From Octopus vulgaris (Eukaryota), in the NCBI GenBank assembly GCA_951406725.2, contig OX597816.1:31062001-31126000 (forward strand): 64,000 nucleotides of DNA. The letters are read 5' to 3'. Shown one piece after another: positions 13,837 through 26,035 of this stretch. Below the pieces are notes generated by a model. The model had not been told where the DNA came from. It worked only from the letters and a program-made list of their open reading frames with translations, and made no database searches. Numbering within the stretch: the stretch's first letter is position 1; the number at the start of each line of letters is the position of its first letter. Made by a program: the position numbers and the translations under genes.

Positions 13837-14414
13837 TAGTTAGATAATAACTGGGGAGGGTACTACATTTTGTACCTGAAGAATGTGTTATGTAACTTGT
13901 GTTTGCGATTAAGAATTAAGCCGCTACATTCGTTAAGACAATCACTATATTGCATAATGGATTATTCTTCTGAAATGCAGCGATCGCATCTGTTGTTACA
14001 AGCGTTATACCGTTTGGCATTGTAATGATGGAACCTTTCAAATTGAACAGAACTGAGTTTTGTTTTAGGCTATGAATGAGCGTAGATAAAGAAGCCCTGT
14101 AAGTTTTCGCTTGAGAAGTAAATCCAGAATAATGGATATGCGCGTTAATATGTAAATGTAGATTCTTAAAATCGAGTTGTAAGCCACCTATACAACTCTG
14201 ACTGCTATGCTCTGGTAATTGCTAGAAACTTTACTTCCCATTTTCACGCAATTTCTTTTCCCCACCTCTCTTCTCTCCTAGCAAGTCCACCTTACTCCCA
14301 CCCATATATAAATTGATCTCTTCTTTGCTTATTCTGCTTATACTCGATTGTTTGAATTTTCATAACTTGTTGTTGATTCTTTATATCCACGTCAGTTAGA
14401 GTTACAGGAAACTG

Positions 14415-14510
14415 GACCGATAGTATAGGGGCAAGACTTCAAAAAAATAAATACTAGGATTTAAGTTACTGCCCCAGCATGACCGTAGTCTAATGACTGA
14501 AACATGAAAC
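14415..14510 (+). mobile_element. SINE type A 3' fragment
   Basis: GACCGATAG...CCCCAGCATGACCGTAGTCTAATGACTGAAAC matches the type A 3' end. Confidence 0.65.
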
Positions 14511-15845
14511 CAGCGTCGACGATAGAGGTACAATGAATGGTATGCAAATTAAATACTTGATGTATTAAATTTATCTCTACTTCTTGAGGAGGTCTCATAA
14601 TCATTAAATGGAAATAAGAACAAATGCTCTGCAGGAGCATTGGCGAAGTCAAGATATAGGATTTCTTACTGTCGGAAGATGAGAGGAAGTTTATAGCCTT
14701 CAAAATACAAAATTGAATAATATTCATTTCATTTCAAGGGGAAGATTCTTCCTGAAGAAAATCACAATACTGGAAATGTATTCAATAGATATCTAGTTCA
14801 TATACAATATCCAGATTCCAAATGGGCCTTTGCAGAACCATCGATGTAATAGTTATCCAACGGCAATTTCAAGTTCCAGTAGAGGCTAAAACGCATGCAT
14901 TTTCAGGTGTTTATATAGATAAGACAGAACCAAATAGATATACGGGGAAATGCACCCAAGTAGATATTAAGGGAAATTTACACAAAGCCAGCATCCCAGA
15001 GATGAAGTATTTTATTATCTCGTTTAGGGATAGTAATATGGCCACTGTAATTTTCATTTTCAATATTCTTATTTTTTGCCATATTTTAAATGCAACTAAA
15101 ATGTGTTCTAGAATGAATATTATTTGCACGATTCTTATTCTCCGATGCGTAAGCATGCATTTATATGATGACGTTGGGAAGAAAATGAAGCACAAAGCCT
15201 GTAACTAGAAGGGAATTGATACGTTGCATGCATATTGCATATGACCATTCGCTCGGTATCAATTTTTATATGGATGTGGAAGTATTGTGATATAACATTC
15301 CAATATATTCAACATTTTCGACCACCACACTAAAGTCAAATTATCACATATAGTCGGGCCTGAAATGCATTACGGACAATTTCTTGGGAAGAACGTCATG
15401 AGAACCCACTCTAGGTTCTATTTTGCACTTTTGGGAACTTCACATGCTAGTATTTATTGTACCACTCAACGCCTTTATGGAAATTTGTCATAGTACTTCT
15501 GGAAACATCATGTTATCTAATGAAATCTGTTTTTGAGCTGCAGTTATCAACTTATTAATTGTGTGGGCATGAAATATGCACATTATACAGGAATACATTC
15601 AATTCAAAGCATTCAGATATTTGTGTTTAATACGTAATATTTCATGAGGTTACCCGATATAAACAGCAATAAGCTTGAAGCACAAGCGGCATTGAAAACA
15701 TTCAAATTCCAGGCAGATATGCACTGTATGAGGTAGCATTTCACTAATGTCAGTGATAATAGAATCCAACTTATTATTGTTTATACTAAATACTCCATTT
15801 CCTTCTTATTTAATAAAACACGAATGATACTGTAAAAAAAGTAAG

Positions 15846-16135
15846 AAACTCGCCCAAAGAAATATTTGATGAGAATTGAATTCGTTGCATACCTTAAAAC
15901 GTCGTATACTCAATCATTAACACTTGAACAATGAGTGTTTTCATACAACATAAGAGTTTCAATATTGCTAATAGTACGACATGCTCTAAATAAATGAAAT
16001 ATCCCCTCCATAGCTGTTTTAACATATCAACATATCAATATATGCAAAGGCGATTTTACTGTTGATAATATGAAGCAGAGAGAAAATAACATGCAAGAGC
16101 TGAGATAAAAACCGTGTAATTTACATTCGTATCTA
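15846..16135. repeat. Direct repeat copy 2 (copy 1 at 12498-12790)
   Basis: Collinear diverged match to 12498-12790. Confidence 0.9.
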
Positions 16136-16575
16136 CACAAGTTTTTCTTACTACATAAGAGGACAAGATCCTCTCCATAATTTAAATATGTTTGCATTTA
16201 TTCTACTATTTTATTTAACTTCTGCAATATGTATCATATTTAACAACCCTGACATTAATACTTATACAAGTGTTCATATAATCATATATAAATTAAAGAT
16301 GCAACTTTTACATAAATGCATACACGAATTCATGCATACATACGTATGTATGTGTGCGTGCGTGCGTGTGTCTGTGTGTCTGTATATATAAATATATTAC
16401 ATTAATATATTTGTTTTGCAAGATTCTTGATGTGAAATCGTGTGTTGAAACAGATATTGTTGTATTTAGGAATTGTCATGTTGCCAGTTTAGCCAATAAA
16501 AACACACGCACTATATTTTTGGTGTTAATTTGCTTCAGCTTTATTTATTTTTTACATTAATCTTAATTTTATTTC

Positions 16576-16620
16576 GGCAAGAGTTCTTTCGTCACACTTC
16601 TGTGACCTCATCAGTGGTCC
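16576..16620 (-). ncRNA. Minimal hammerhead ribozyme motif
   Basis: GGACCA-CTGATGA-G-GTCACA-GAAG-TGTGAC-GAAA-GAACTC-TTGCC; perfect 6-bp stem II. Confidence 0.65.
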
Positions 16621-16896
16621 TTTGCTTTCTTCTTTCTTATTTGTGTGTTTCTCCTTACTAACGATCACCCATTTTGTATTTTATATTCTTATTGTAAAAA
16701 AGCAAATTACACGAATGTGTATAAACAGGAGATACATATATTACAGGCACACCCCACATATACACACTAACAAAAAATAAAAACACATAGAAGCATATGC
16801 ATGTGCAAGTAAAGACACATACAATAAGAATATAAAATACAAAATGACTGATTGTTAGTAAGTAGAGACACACAAAAAAAGAAAGAAGAAAGCAAA

Positions 16897-16941
16897 GGAC
16901 CACTGATGAGGTGACAGACGTGTGATGAAAGAGCTCTGGCC
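16897..16941 (+). ncRNA. Minimal hammerhead ribozyme motif
   Basis: GGACCA-CTGATGA-G-GTGACA-GACG-TGTGAT-GAAA-GAGCTC-TGGCC. Stem I is CCA/TGG, the stem III region AGAGCTCT is palindromic, and the cleavage triplet is CUC. Confidence 0.7.
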
Positions 16942-17052
16942 GAAATAAGATTAAGATTAATATAAAAAATAAATAAATTGAAGCAAATTAGCACCAAATA
17001 TATAGTGCGTGTGGTTAAATTGGCAACATGACCATTCCTTAATACAACATTA

Positions 17053-17099
<47 letters not shown>

Positions 17100-18849
17100 T
17101 GAGAAAGAGATAGAGTGAGAGTGTGTGTGTGTGTGGTGGGGAGAGAAACAAACAGGCCAACATACAGATAGGTAATAGATAGATAGACAGATAGACATAT
17201 GAGAGTGGTAAGTGTGTTCGCATGTATGAGCATTTTGAAGCGCAAACTATCTTAGAACACAGTACATCTGAGACAAGCAAAACCAGGAGAATTAATACGT
17301 AAAGAAAATATCAATACAAATATACCCGGAAGGTGTACACCATTTTAAAGAACTCTGTTTCACAAAATAAAGGAAAAAAACAAATCGATGATAGATGTTG
17401 ATTTGTGAATGAATTTTTTAAGGAACGAAATAAGTAAAATATCCCAGAATGAATAACTTGCATAAAACTCAGCATAGCATCAGTGATTTTTATACAAAAT
17501 ACATTGTGTTTGTACAATTTTTTCAATACTTTTCGCGAAATATACAACGGTACTTCTAATTGTTATGACGTTAAAAGTCATGTGGTGGACACGTTTGAAA
17601 ACGGAGAGAAGAGGCCAGCTTTTATTTCTCCCAAATAACTCCCAAATTTTATTTCTCCCCAATATCTTCCTTAAGTACGAAGAGAAGTAGGAGGTAACTG
17701 CAAATTCTACACGTTCATTAAACTTAAAGAACATGAAAACACACAACCGTTTTTGGCATGTTGGGTGCTTCTATCGGTTTAGAATCTAGATTGACAAACT
17801 TCTCTTTGATGTGCAACAGAAAATTCTGAACTGCCATCTTTTATTATGGCCTCAGGAACTGCGTCTTTAGAGGAACGAAAATATTTGTTATATTATTTTC
17901 TTTAAAGTGTACGGGAAAATATTAAATACCTACTGTTTATCATACACCATTGTAATGTCTGACATCTGTTGTCTTTATGCCAAACACGAAAACAGTTTTG
18001 TTCATATTTGTGTAATAATAATATTGATGATGACGATGACGACGACGACAACGTCGAAGACGTAATCGACGATAATGACGACGACGTTGATAACAATGAC
18101 GATGATGATGATAAGGATTATTATGATTATGATGGTATTTGGAGATAGAATTAACATCACGAGGGAAAAGTTTATCAGATATACAAGTCTGATATGTTAT
18201 CTTCTTCCCATCATGTTTGTAGTCTCTCTATCTCACTTTGGCGATGATACGAAACAAATCTAATGAAAGATTATCATAAAATATGAGAAAGAGAGAAACA
18301 CCTCTTGATTAGGGGGGTTTTAAAGGTTTGTGATAATGCGATGAACAAAATGGCTTCCTAGATGTGATGAGTAAGAATAGTTATTAGTGACATTGAGATG
18401 ACTTTCAGAAACGAGAACATGCGATGATAAAGATGAAGAGGTGAAATCTAGATCTTTACGATGCGGACAATAAGAAATCATTAAAAGTAATAGATGCCTA
18501 AATACTTGGGATATTAATTATTATTAAGAGTTCTATGAACGAATGCGTTAGCGTGATTTTATAGTCCAAATGCCCACTTCTCTCGAACGGATTTGTGCAG
18601 TGTCTGCAACAGAATTTCCATATGTGGGATATTTTTACAATTAAATGATTACTTTTAAAATTTTCATTGAGTATTTTGGAAGGTGGTGAGCTCAAAACAG
18701 AGGACGTCTCCTTAAGGTAAAATGGTGCTTTGTGTTGAATATTACTAGGTATGTCTTTCTCAAAAAGTATTAGATAACTTGAATGAATTGAAAGACACAG
18801 GTCAATCTTATATTGGCGGTCTAATTTTAACCTGTCAAATGATACCCAA

Positions 18850-19580
18850 ATATATGTGTAAAAAGTGTATAAATAAGATATGTGTATATTTTCCAACATG
18901 TGTAAAAATGCTATTAGTCAAACGGTGCTGGTAATCATTATTGTATTCTGATAGTTTAGAATATTTAAATTTTGTGGACAGTATCCTATCAAATTTTTAC
19001 TCCATGTGGGTGCCACACAGGCAATAAACTTTTCCATTAGGATGCAGTATACAGGTATGATTATGTGAAGCTAAATTTTCTATTCCCACATTGAAAGACT
19101 ACAGAGACCATGTAATCAAGTTATATCGTTATCAATTGAATCAACCGTCTGCGAACAGTAGGAGATATAAAAAGATCTATCATTATAGAATGGATAGAGT
19201 TTATCAAAAGTATTGATAGATAAAACAACAGAAGATACAGAAAGTTTCCTTGAATATCATTACACATAACCGATTTCAGATAGTGTTTTAGTAACATATA
19301 GCACAATAAGGAGAAGCAATATAATCGAGACGATAGACTTGAACCTAGTGACATATTCTGCTCCGACTCATGGCAATTGGGTTGAAGATCTTGTAAAAGT
19401 GGATTCAGGTAAAGCAGCTAAGTACCGTCATTAAAATTTTTGAGGGAGATGGATGGCGTTATCGGTGAGATTTCAAGCCATAAATTTTGCATAAATTCAT
19501 AGCAGCAGGTTAGAACCATTCTACGTTCTATGAAATAGTAAGTGGTGGAACTGCCGAGGAAGGACAAGAGCAATGGTGAC
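18850..19580 (+). mobile_element. Degenerate Merlin/IS1595(ISXO2)-like transposase remnant
   Basis: Motifs occur in the expected order across frameshifts: CKKC (~18866), KEKQYNRDDR (19308), GNWVEDLVKVDSGK (19372), GDGWRY (19445), NHSTFYEIVSGGTAEEGQEQW (19514). Compare KRKYNRGR / G.WVFG..ER.SGK / SD.W.AY / NHS..FVDP.TG.HTQ.IE..W. Confidence 0.4.
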
Positions 19581-20099
19581 ATCATCGATCATTTCACATT
19601 CATAACACTGCACAATACAGAGTAATAGACTTTGGTAAAGATGTTTCTAATGATGTAGGTGTTTATGAAATGAAAATGAAAAGCAGAAGAAAAAGAAGAA
19701 ATAGTAGAAGAATGAGAAATGAAAAAGGAGAAATCTGCTATAATGAAGATAAATTACAAGATTTATAATATTCTGATATATCAAATGACGAATATAAGTG
19801 GATTAAGAACACTGAAATGAAGAAAGAAATGTTGATAGAAATATCACTAATATTAAGACAACTTGAAAACGATAGATTATTTCTGCAATTTTAAAAGATA
19901 ATGATATACTGAAAAATATACAAGATTGTGATATTGTTGAAAACAATAATTTGAATTATTGTGCAGCTACACTTGTCACAGAAATTCAGTAATGATAAAT
20001 GAATATGTATTAAATACTAATTTCTTCTCATTTTCATAGATGAAATAAATTAAATAAACAAGAGAAGCACAGGGAAATTATTAGATAAAGACAGTATAT

Positions 20100-21300
20100 A
20101 AAATATGTAAGCACAAATCTTTGCACCACTCATATCCAGGTAGGACATTTTCTATACTACTGTTAGTTTTTTCTCAACGCTTTAATACTGTCGGCAAAGG
20201 CTGCATCAAGCTACCGAGGTAGAAACTGAATGCCAGGTTCGTCGCATATTTTCAGATGCATACTTACAGCGTTGTTAAAAAAAAATGGGAAAAATGAGTA
20301 TCTTCACTACTGGAGTGCACTGGCCATAATTTTGTTCAGTCAAATTCTCAAGAAACGAAGTCTTTCTGACTCGCTGTGCTGCGCCTTCATGACAACAATT
20401 GAAGAAGCGTGGCTTTTCACTTATAAAGTCAGCCTAATATCTGACATTAGTAATCCGGAAAGAAAAGTAATAATGCTTTAATAATGAGTTAACGAAAGTT
20501 AGGGCTTTTGAAAGAAATGTACTAAAATGTGGCGCACCCTAACTTCCAGGTATAAACTTTTGACTTTCCTGATTCAATTTCTTATGGCCGAAGACTAGCA
20601 TCACGCTTGAAACTCAGAGTGCCAAGGAGTTTCAATGATACCGTTTTATCCACACATACACGCACCCGCACACACATATACACGCAAACACTCACACACA
20701 CACATATAGTTTGAAAGGAAGCTGTTTCTCTGACGAGGGAAGGCTGTTCCTTCGCCATCGTTCTCTTGCTGAGCAATTGCCAACTCCAAATTGCATTAAG
20801 ATATGGGACAAAGGAAGGACCCATCTTTTGACCCTTGGACTACATATTCACTGGATGACAAGTTCACTTCGAGAAATCCGATACATGTCGAGGCATGATA
20901 AGTTCTTAGCAGAATTCGTCTAGTGGACTGATATGAAAAACGTGAAGATTAAGAAACACTAGCTACAAAGTTAGCTGATTCCTAAACGAATGCAGTAAGG
21001 TTTCGAAGATGATAGGACTGGCAGAGGACACATTTTCGATTTTGTTTTCACCCTCATACTGGGCGATGCAAGTGAACGTGAAGAGTAGACTTATCTTCTC
21101 AGAGGAGATAGCTTTAAAACCAGCCAGACATTCATTTTCCTGCTCTTTAGGAAAATCAAATATAATAATCTTGGACGAATTCGTAGTTCCCTGGGAGAAA
21201 AGATTCAATATTTTCTACCTTCTAAAGAAAACCAATAATTAGGACTTGATCGATTAGACCCATATCTTAATAGATGTTAATTGATTTCACTCCACATTTA
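20100..21300 (-). mobile_element. Highly decayed Gypsy-like LTR retrotransposon pol remnant
   Basis: ORF 20963-21208 weakly resembles the RT-RNase H junction (EQE...F..I...LL....AS...A.LH). VLKR*EK near 20170-20190 resembles the post-integrase GP.(K)VL.R.EK motif. Confidence 0.3.
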
Positions 21301-21446
21301 AGTAATCGTCGTGGATTTCCAGTTAGATCAGTGCACTATTTTCTAAAGAAGGCAGGGCTGGTATCTAAAGAAACTATCAATGCGAGAGGTACTGAATCTT
21401 AAACGAGCTCAAGGCTACTATGGTAGATAAGAGACGTTTAGTGGAG

Positions 21447-21815
21447 GTATATGAATAGATTTGACCAGGCCTGATCTGAACTGGAATACTACCTCAGTTT
21501 TCGCTTCCCCATTCAGGTAACGCGTATTGACTAATCTGCTGACAATGCGGATGAGTTTACAAAATTGCGATGGATATTGAAGAGCTTGAAAACACTCTTG
21601 CATAGCTCTTGGTTAAACGTATTTCGAAATATATCTTTATGCCCGGTAGAATGTTCAATAATTGACACATGTCAAATACTCATCGATTATGAAGGGCAAC
21701 AACGTTATTTCGAATGGTGAAGGAGTTTTTATAATAAGAGAGAGAGAGAAAATCATATGTTCTATTTTTGTTTATACTGAGTTCAGATCAGGTCTGGTCA
21801 AATCTATTCATATAC
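21447..21815. repeat. 36-bp inverted repeat bounding ~300 bp (MITE-like)
   Basis: GTATATGAATAGATTTGACCAGGCCTGATCTGAACT (21447-21482) pairs with 21780-21815 with one mismatch. No clear TSD. Confidence 0.75.
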
Positions 21816-23690
21816 GATGATTGTACTAATTATTCATGGATAGAATGAGATGCATATCATCATTCAATATGTTCTCTATTTTTATAAGTGATAAGAGATT
21901 TGATGCTATTTCCAACAATTTTTGCAATCACATTGACTGTATTTCACTTCACCATGCACATCATCTATTCTCTTTCATATCGTATGGTCTTATATAAGTC
22001 ATAGAACAAGCGGAGATTCACTTAGGTTCATAGGTATTTTTGTGGCAAAAACTGCCTCTCGAGATTTCTTAACCTGTATAAAGTAATCAAGGGATATGAC
22101 TGGATGAATGTGTATCATGTGGGAGGTTTTGCAAACAGAGTTGATGCAGGTAGAACGCTATCTTTCATTCATATCGAACCGGAGCCATCTGGAACCAATC
22201 GGAGTCGAATGACGAGATTGGATATAGGAATATATAATACAATGTTGCCACAATTATCGTATATCAATACAATGAATAAGGTAAGATCTCACGTAGGATC
22301 AATTTTCATAGTAAATAAAAATAAAACTAAAAGGTTTCATGTACGCGCGTCTTTGATCAAATGTGATTCAACCTGTAGACTAGATAAATGTTTTCATAGG
22401 GATGACGGATGCCATAATGTGATGTTAGGGTTGACATTTAATAAGAATACGATTCAGAAGAATAATGCTGGCCCTATTCTCGAGATATTTTTGCCTTTGA
22501 TTAGGAACTAAATCAAACATTGAATTACAAACTACGTTAAGATAGAACTATGCATAGTGTCAAATGTTTTTCTTATTTCATACTGTAATAAATGGAAGAG
22601 TTTCGGAGCCCAGTTCATTCATTTTGAATGCAAGGAGGGATGAAATATGACATGGAAGTGACATATGTATATATGTTAACAGATGCTTTCAGAAAAATAT
22701 ATATTGGTTTAACTCTACTGTATTTTACATTACATGAACATAGTTAACTGTTAATGGGCTTGTAAAAACATATACCTAAGATTGTTTACAACGATAAATT
22801 ATCCCAAATGTATTATAAGTTCACTGCACGAGGTGAATCAAAAGTGATATAAAATGATTCTCTTGAAACTCAAAAAGATTGTTAAAAGCAGCGAATTTGG
22901 AAATTAACCTTAAGAAACAACAGGTATATTGTCTGCAATCGTCATCTATACTTTTTAACTATTCTCAGAAACAAGTTTTAGCATCATACACCTGAGATGC
23001 ATAAAGCGGTCTCAAAGTTCTGAAAATTAAATTATATAAGTACCTGTCAAATGAAATGTATGCCCTTGATAAATGCCAATGGACCTAATGAAATGCTTTA
23101 TATAGGCTAATTACAAAATAATCTGTCAGCGACGTTTCTTCGATCTTCTTCTATAACAAATGGAATTATTACATTTTATTGTCTACTGTGTACAGTACGT
23201 GCCCAAAATGTATCCCATACTTAGTTGCTAAAAACGTATTCTTTATAGTACTGTAGAATACTAGTAATTCAGTTACTCGAATTTCATTATAACAATAAAA
23301 CTTACATTAGTTCATTCATTGAACACACATCAGTATTCTCTTTTCTCAGACAAGATCGAATCTTTCAAGTTGTCTGAATTCCTAATATGTATATCACATC
23401 GAGACGGCAGCACAACATATTAGCAGATAACAACGGGATAAGATGTCCTTCACATTTTTCAACGTAAATTAAACTTGATAAAATGGTAATCAGTTAATTA
23501 CTTTTATATTAGGTAATTACCTATCTCTGATATCAAATATTGCAAATTCTAAATACTGAATGGCTGTTGGATTACAAAAATTTGAATAGTTAGTTAAGGT
23601 ATCGGTAATCAATAAGCAATCAGTGATAACTCGCTTAATTATCCCCAATTAATCAATCAATCAATCTATCTATCTCTGTATATATAAATA

Positions 23691-23744
<54 letters not shown>

Positions 23745-24103
23745 AGTATGTATATATGTCTGTCTGTATGTATGTATGCATGTATGTATGTATGTAAGTA
23801 TGTATGTATGTTCCTAGAGAACCCATGAAGAGTGAAGAACTGACAATATTGGATGTGTCCATAAAATGCCTATAAATGTAAGAATATTTACGTTATATAT
23901 ATATAAAAATCCTCCCCACTGATAGAGCTAAATAACAGTGGGAACTTAGTGATAAAATCTACAGACGGAGAATGAATATACGGCCATCATGTTCTTAATG
24001 ACGAAATTAAACTCTCTGTCTATATATTTACCCTCTTTGTAATGTTGGCAAATGAAATGAGTATAAGAATATGCATTGTCCGCATAATTGAAAAATTCTA
24101 TAT

Positions 24104-24189
24104 GTGGCTAAAGGTTGCTCGACATTTTAAAACTGATGTAATACTTACAGGGTTTAATAAAATGAAGTAGCATGAAACAATTGTACTAC
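24104..24189 (+). ncRNA. Decayed hammerhead motif (family of 43604), upstream of (TA)n
   Basis: GTGG-CTAAAGG-TTGC...GCAT-GAAAC-AATT-GTA-CTAC; collinear with the reverse complement of 43580-43695. Confidence 0.5.
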
Positions 24190-24227
24190 TCTACCTTGGA
24201 TATCCTTATTTTTATTTTTATTATATA

Positions 24228-24299
<72 letters not shown>

Positions 24300-25687
24300 T
24301 TGATTATATATGGTAGGCCATGTACTATAAGCAGATAACTTACATCCAGGTTATGTTTCGCTGGTTATGAGATGTCGCATTCGATCTGTACACGGTACAG
24401 GATCGGACTGGAACTAGAAAAATGTATTACTAAAATAATGTCAGAGGCATTCTTATTAACTCTACAACGGACACATGCACATATCATTGGTATGTGAACA
24501 AGCGAAAGCAACTGGACATTTTCTCCATATCCACGAATAAAACACATGGTGCTAAGGTGTGAAATTTATCGAAACGTATATATGTCTATATATTAAGATT
24601 TTGATCATCTCTTAAAATGATCATAATGTGAATAAAAAATATAATTGTTTTCTTACTAATGAATCTGAGATCTTTTGAAATGCAATACTTTGGTCAGTGC
24701 AGAAAGGCACGGATATTGGCAATATGGCAGTAGGAAGGTAGGAAATTATCCACACCCGGAGAACTGCTTCCAATGTTTGCAACTGTGTTAGTTCTACTGA
24801 AAACGTACTAAGGTGTTACTGGTCAACGGATTAAGTTTATCAACCATGAACGGTGATGCTTTCTATGATATGTTTTGCACCATTTCTGCCAGTGTTATTC
24901 TATTTTTCTCAAATCAAACTATGCTAGAACACACCTGTCTAATTTTTCCCGCAGTGAAATCGAATCACATAGCAGTGAAATTTAGTAAGTATTCATGTGA
25001 CTATTGATATTTAATAAATATATCTTCTTTCGGAAGATAATCCGATGAATAAAGATGCGTCTTCATATGAACTCCGACATAATCTTAACTTGTAAGCACT
25101 CAGATATTTTAATTAGATTAATGCTTACACGTAAATCTATTTTAGTTGCGTTATACTTGAAATTAAATTTCACTGCATATAATGTATATTTTATTTAACC
25201 TTAGGTTTGAAAAAATTGATTTATTTATAGAACTGCATTCGAAGAGATATATGCTTAAAAAACGTATTCATGCAAGACGTATGGTTATGTCAATTTGATT
25301 AATTCCCAGCGTGAAATATTATTAAGCCGTATCGTTGCATAAAATAAAATTTGAGAAATCGAGAACTGTAAAGAAAATAAGGTTTATTCAATTAAGACGT
25401 TATCAGCTCAAACACAAAATTATTTGTCCACAGGAATGTACGGAAGATGACGATTGCACAATGTGGAAGCGAATGAGTTCGATATTAAGACGAAGTGCTT
25501 GAATATTTATATTTTTATGCATTTTAAATATCGTTTTCTTCGTACGTCCAATTTGAATACCAATTTTGGTAATTCTCGAGAGAAACTCTTCCCTTTTTAA
25601 CTACAAAAATATCATCGCAATTGCTGAGAATTTTTGTAAATAGAAAATTAATTATACCACCCACAAAAATTGCTTAGTTATTTAAAA

Positions 25688-26035
25688 CTAGCAGTATCGC
25701 CCGGCGTTGCTCGGGTTTGTAAGGGAAATAACTATAAAGCATTTTTAGAGAGTTATAGCCAAAAAATAGCAAAAAAATGGAAAAAAATTATGGTAAATTT
25801 TTTGAGAGTTAAAAAGGACGAGTTGCGTCCCCTAGACAGTCTGTGGTTTGTGTTTCTGATTCTCGACCCCATGTCGAATTTATCGATGTTTTTCAGAACT
25901 GGGGCAACTTTTCAAAATTTCCGCTGCGTTAGTTTTGAATTATGACACGGTTGAAAGCCGTGGTCAGGGTGAGGGTACAACCTAACAGACACACAGACAC
26001 GCATACAGACAAACTGCCGTTTATATAGAGAGAGA
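25688..26035 (-). mobile_element. Short non-autonomous Helitron
   Basis: The minus strand starts 5'-TCTCTCTCTATATAAA, ends with the GC-rich hairpin CCCGAGCAACGCCGGG followed by CTAG-3', and is inserted between A and T with no TSD. Confidence 0.9.

Larger units (their letters stand above)
12800..16130 (-). pseudogene. Possible decayed Toll-like receptor / LRR-transmembrane gene, interrupted by mariner and SINE insertions
   Basis: Manual minus-strand translation gives the LRR-like IETLMLYEN, (M)EYL/SINNNKLDSI across a frameshift, and EILYLDFAN. A ~90-codon open frame at 14188-13919 ends ...TMPNGITLVTTDAIAAFQKNNPLC, followed by a hydrophobic segment and then FFRYKM*Y in another frame, like the mollusc TLR juxtamembrane Y.FRW.I.Y. 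Many stops. Confidence 0.3.
16400..17050. mobile_element. Inverted pseudo-LTR cassette (Penelope-like) with a hammerhead in each arm
   Basis: ~240-bp arms at 16457-16696 and 16820-17049 are reverse complements. Bounded by TA-rich sequence and (TA)n. Confidence 0.75.

Noticed and set aside
21950-22511. 135-aa ORF and a possible LINE RT remnant on the opposite strand
   Set aside because: The ORF has no recognisable motif, and the RT resemblance is too weak to call.
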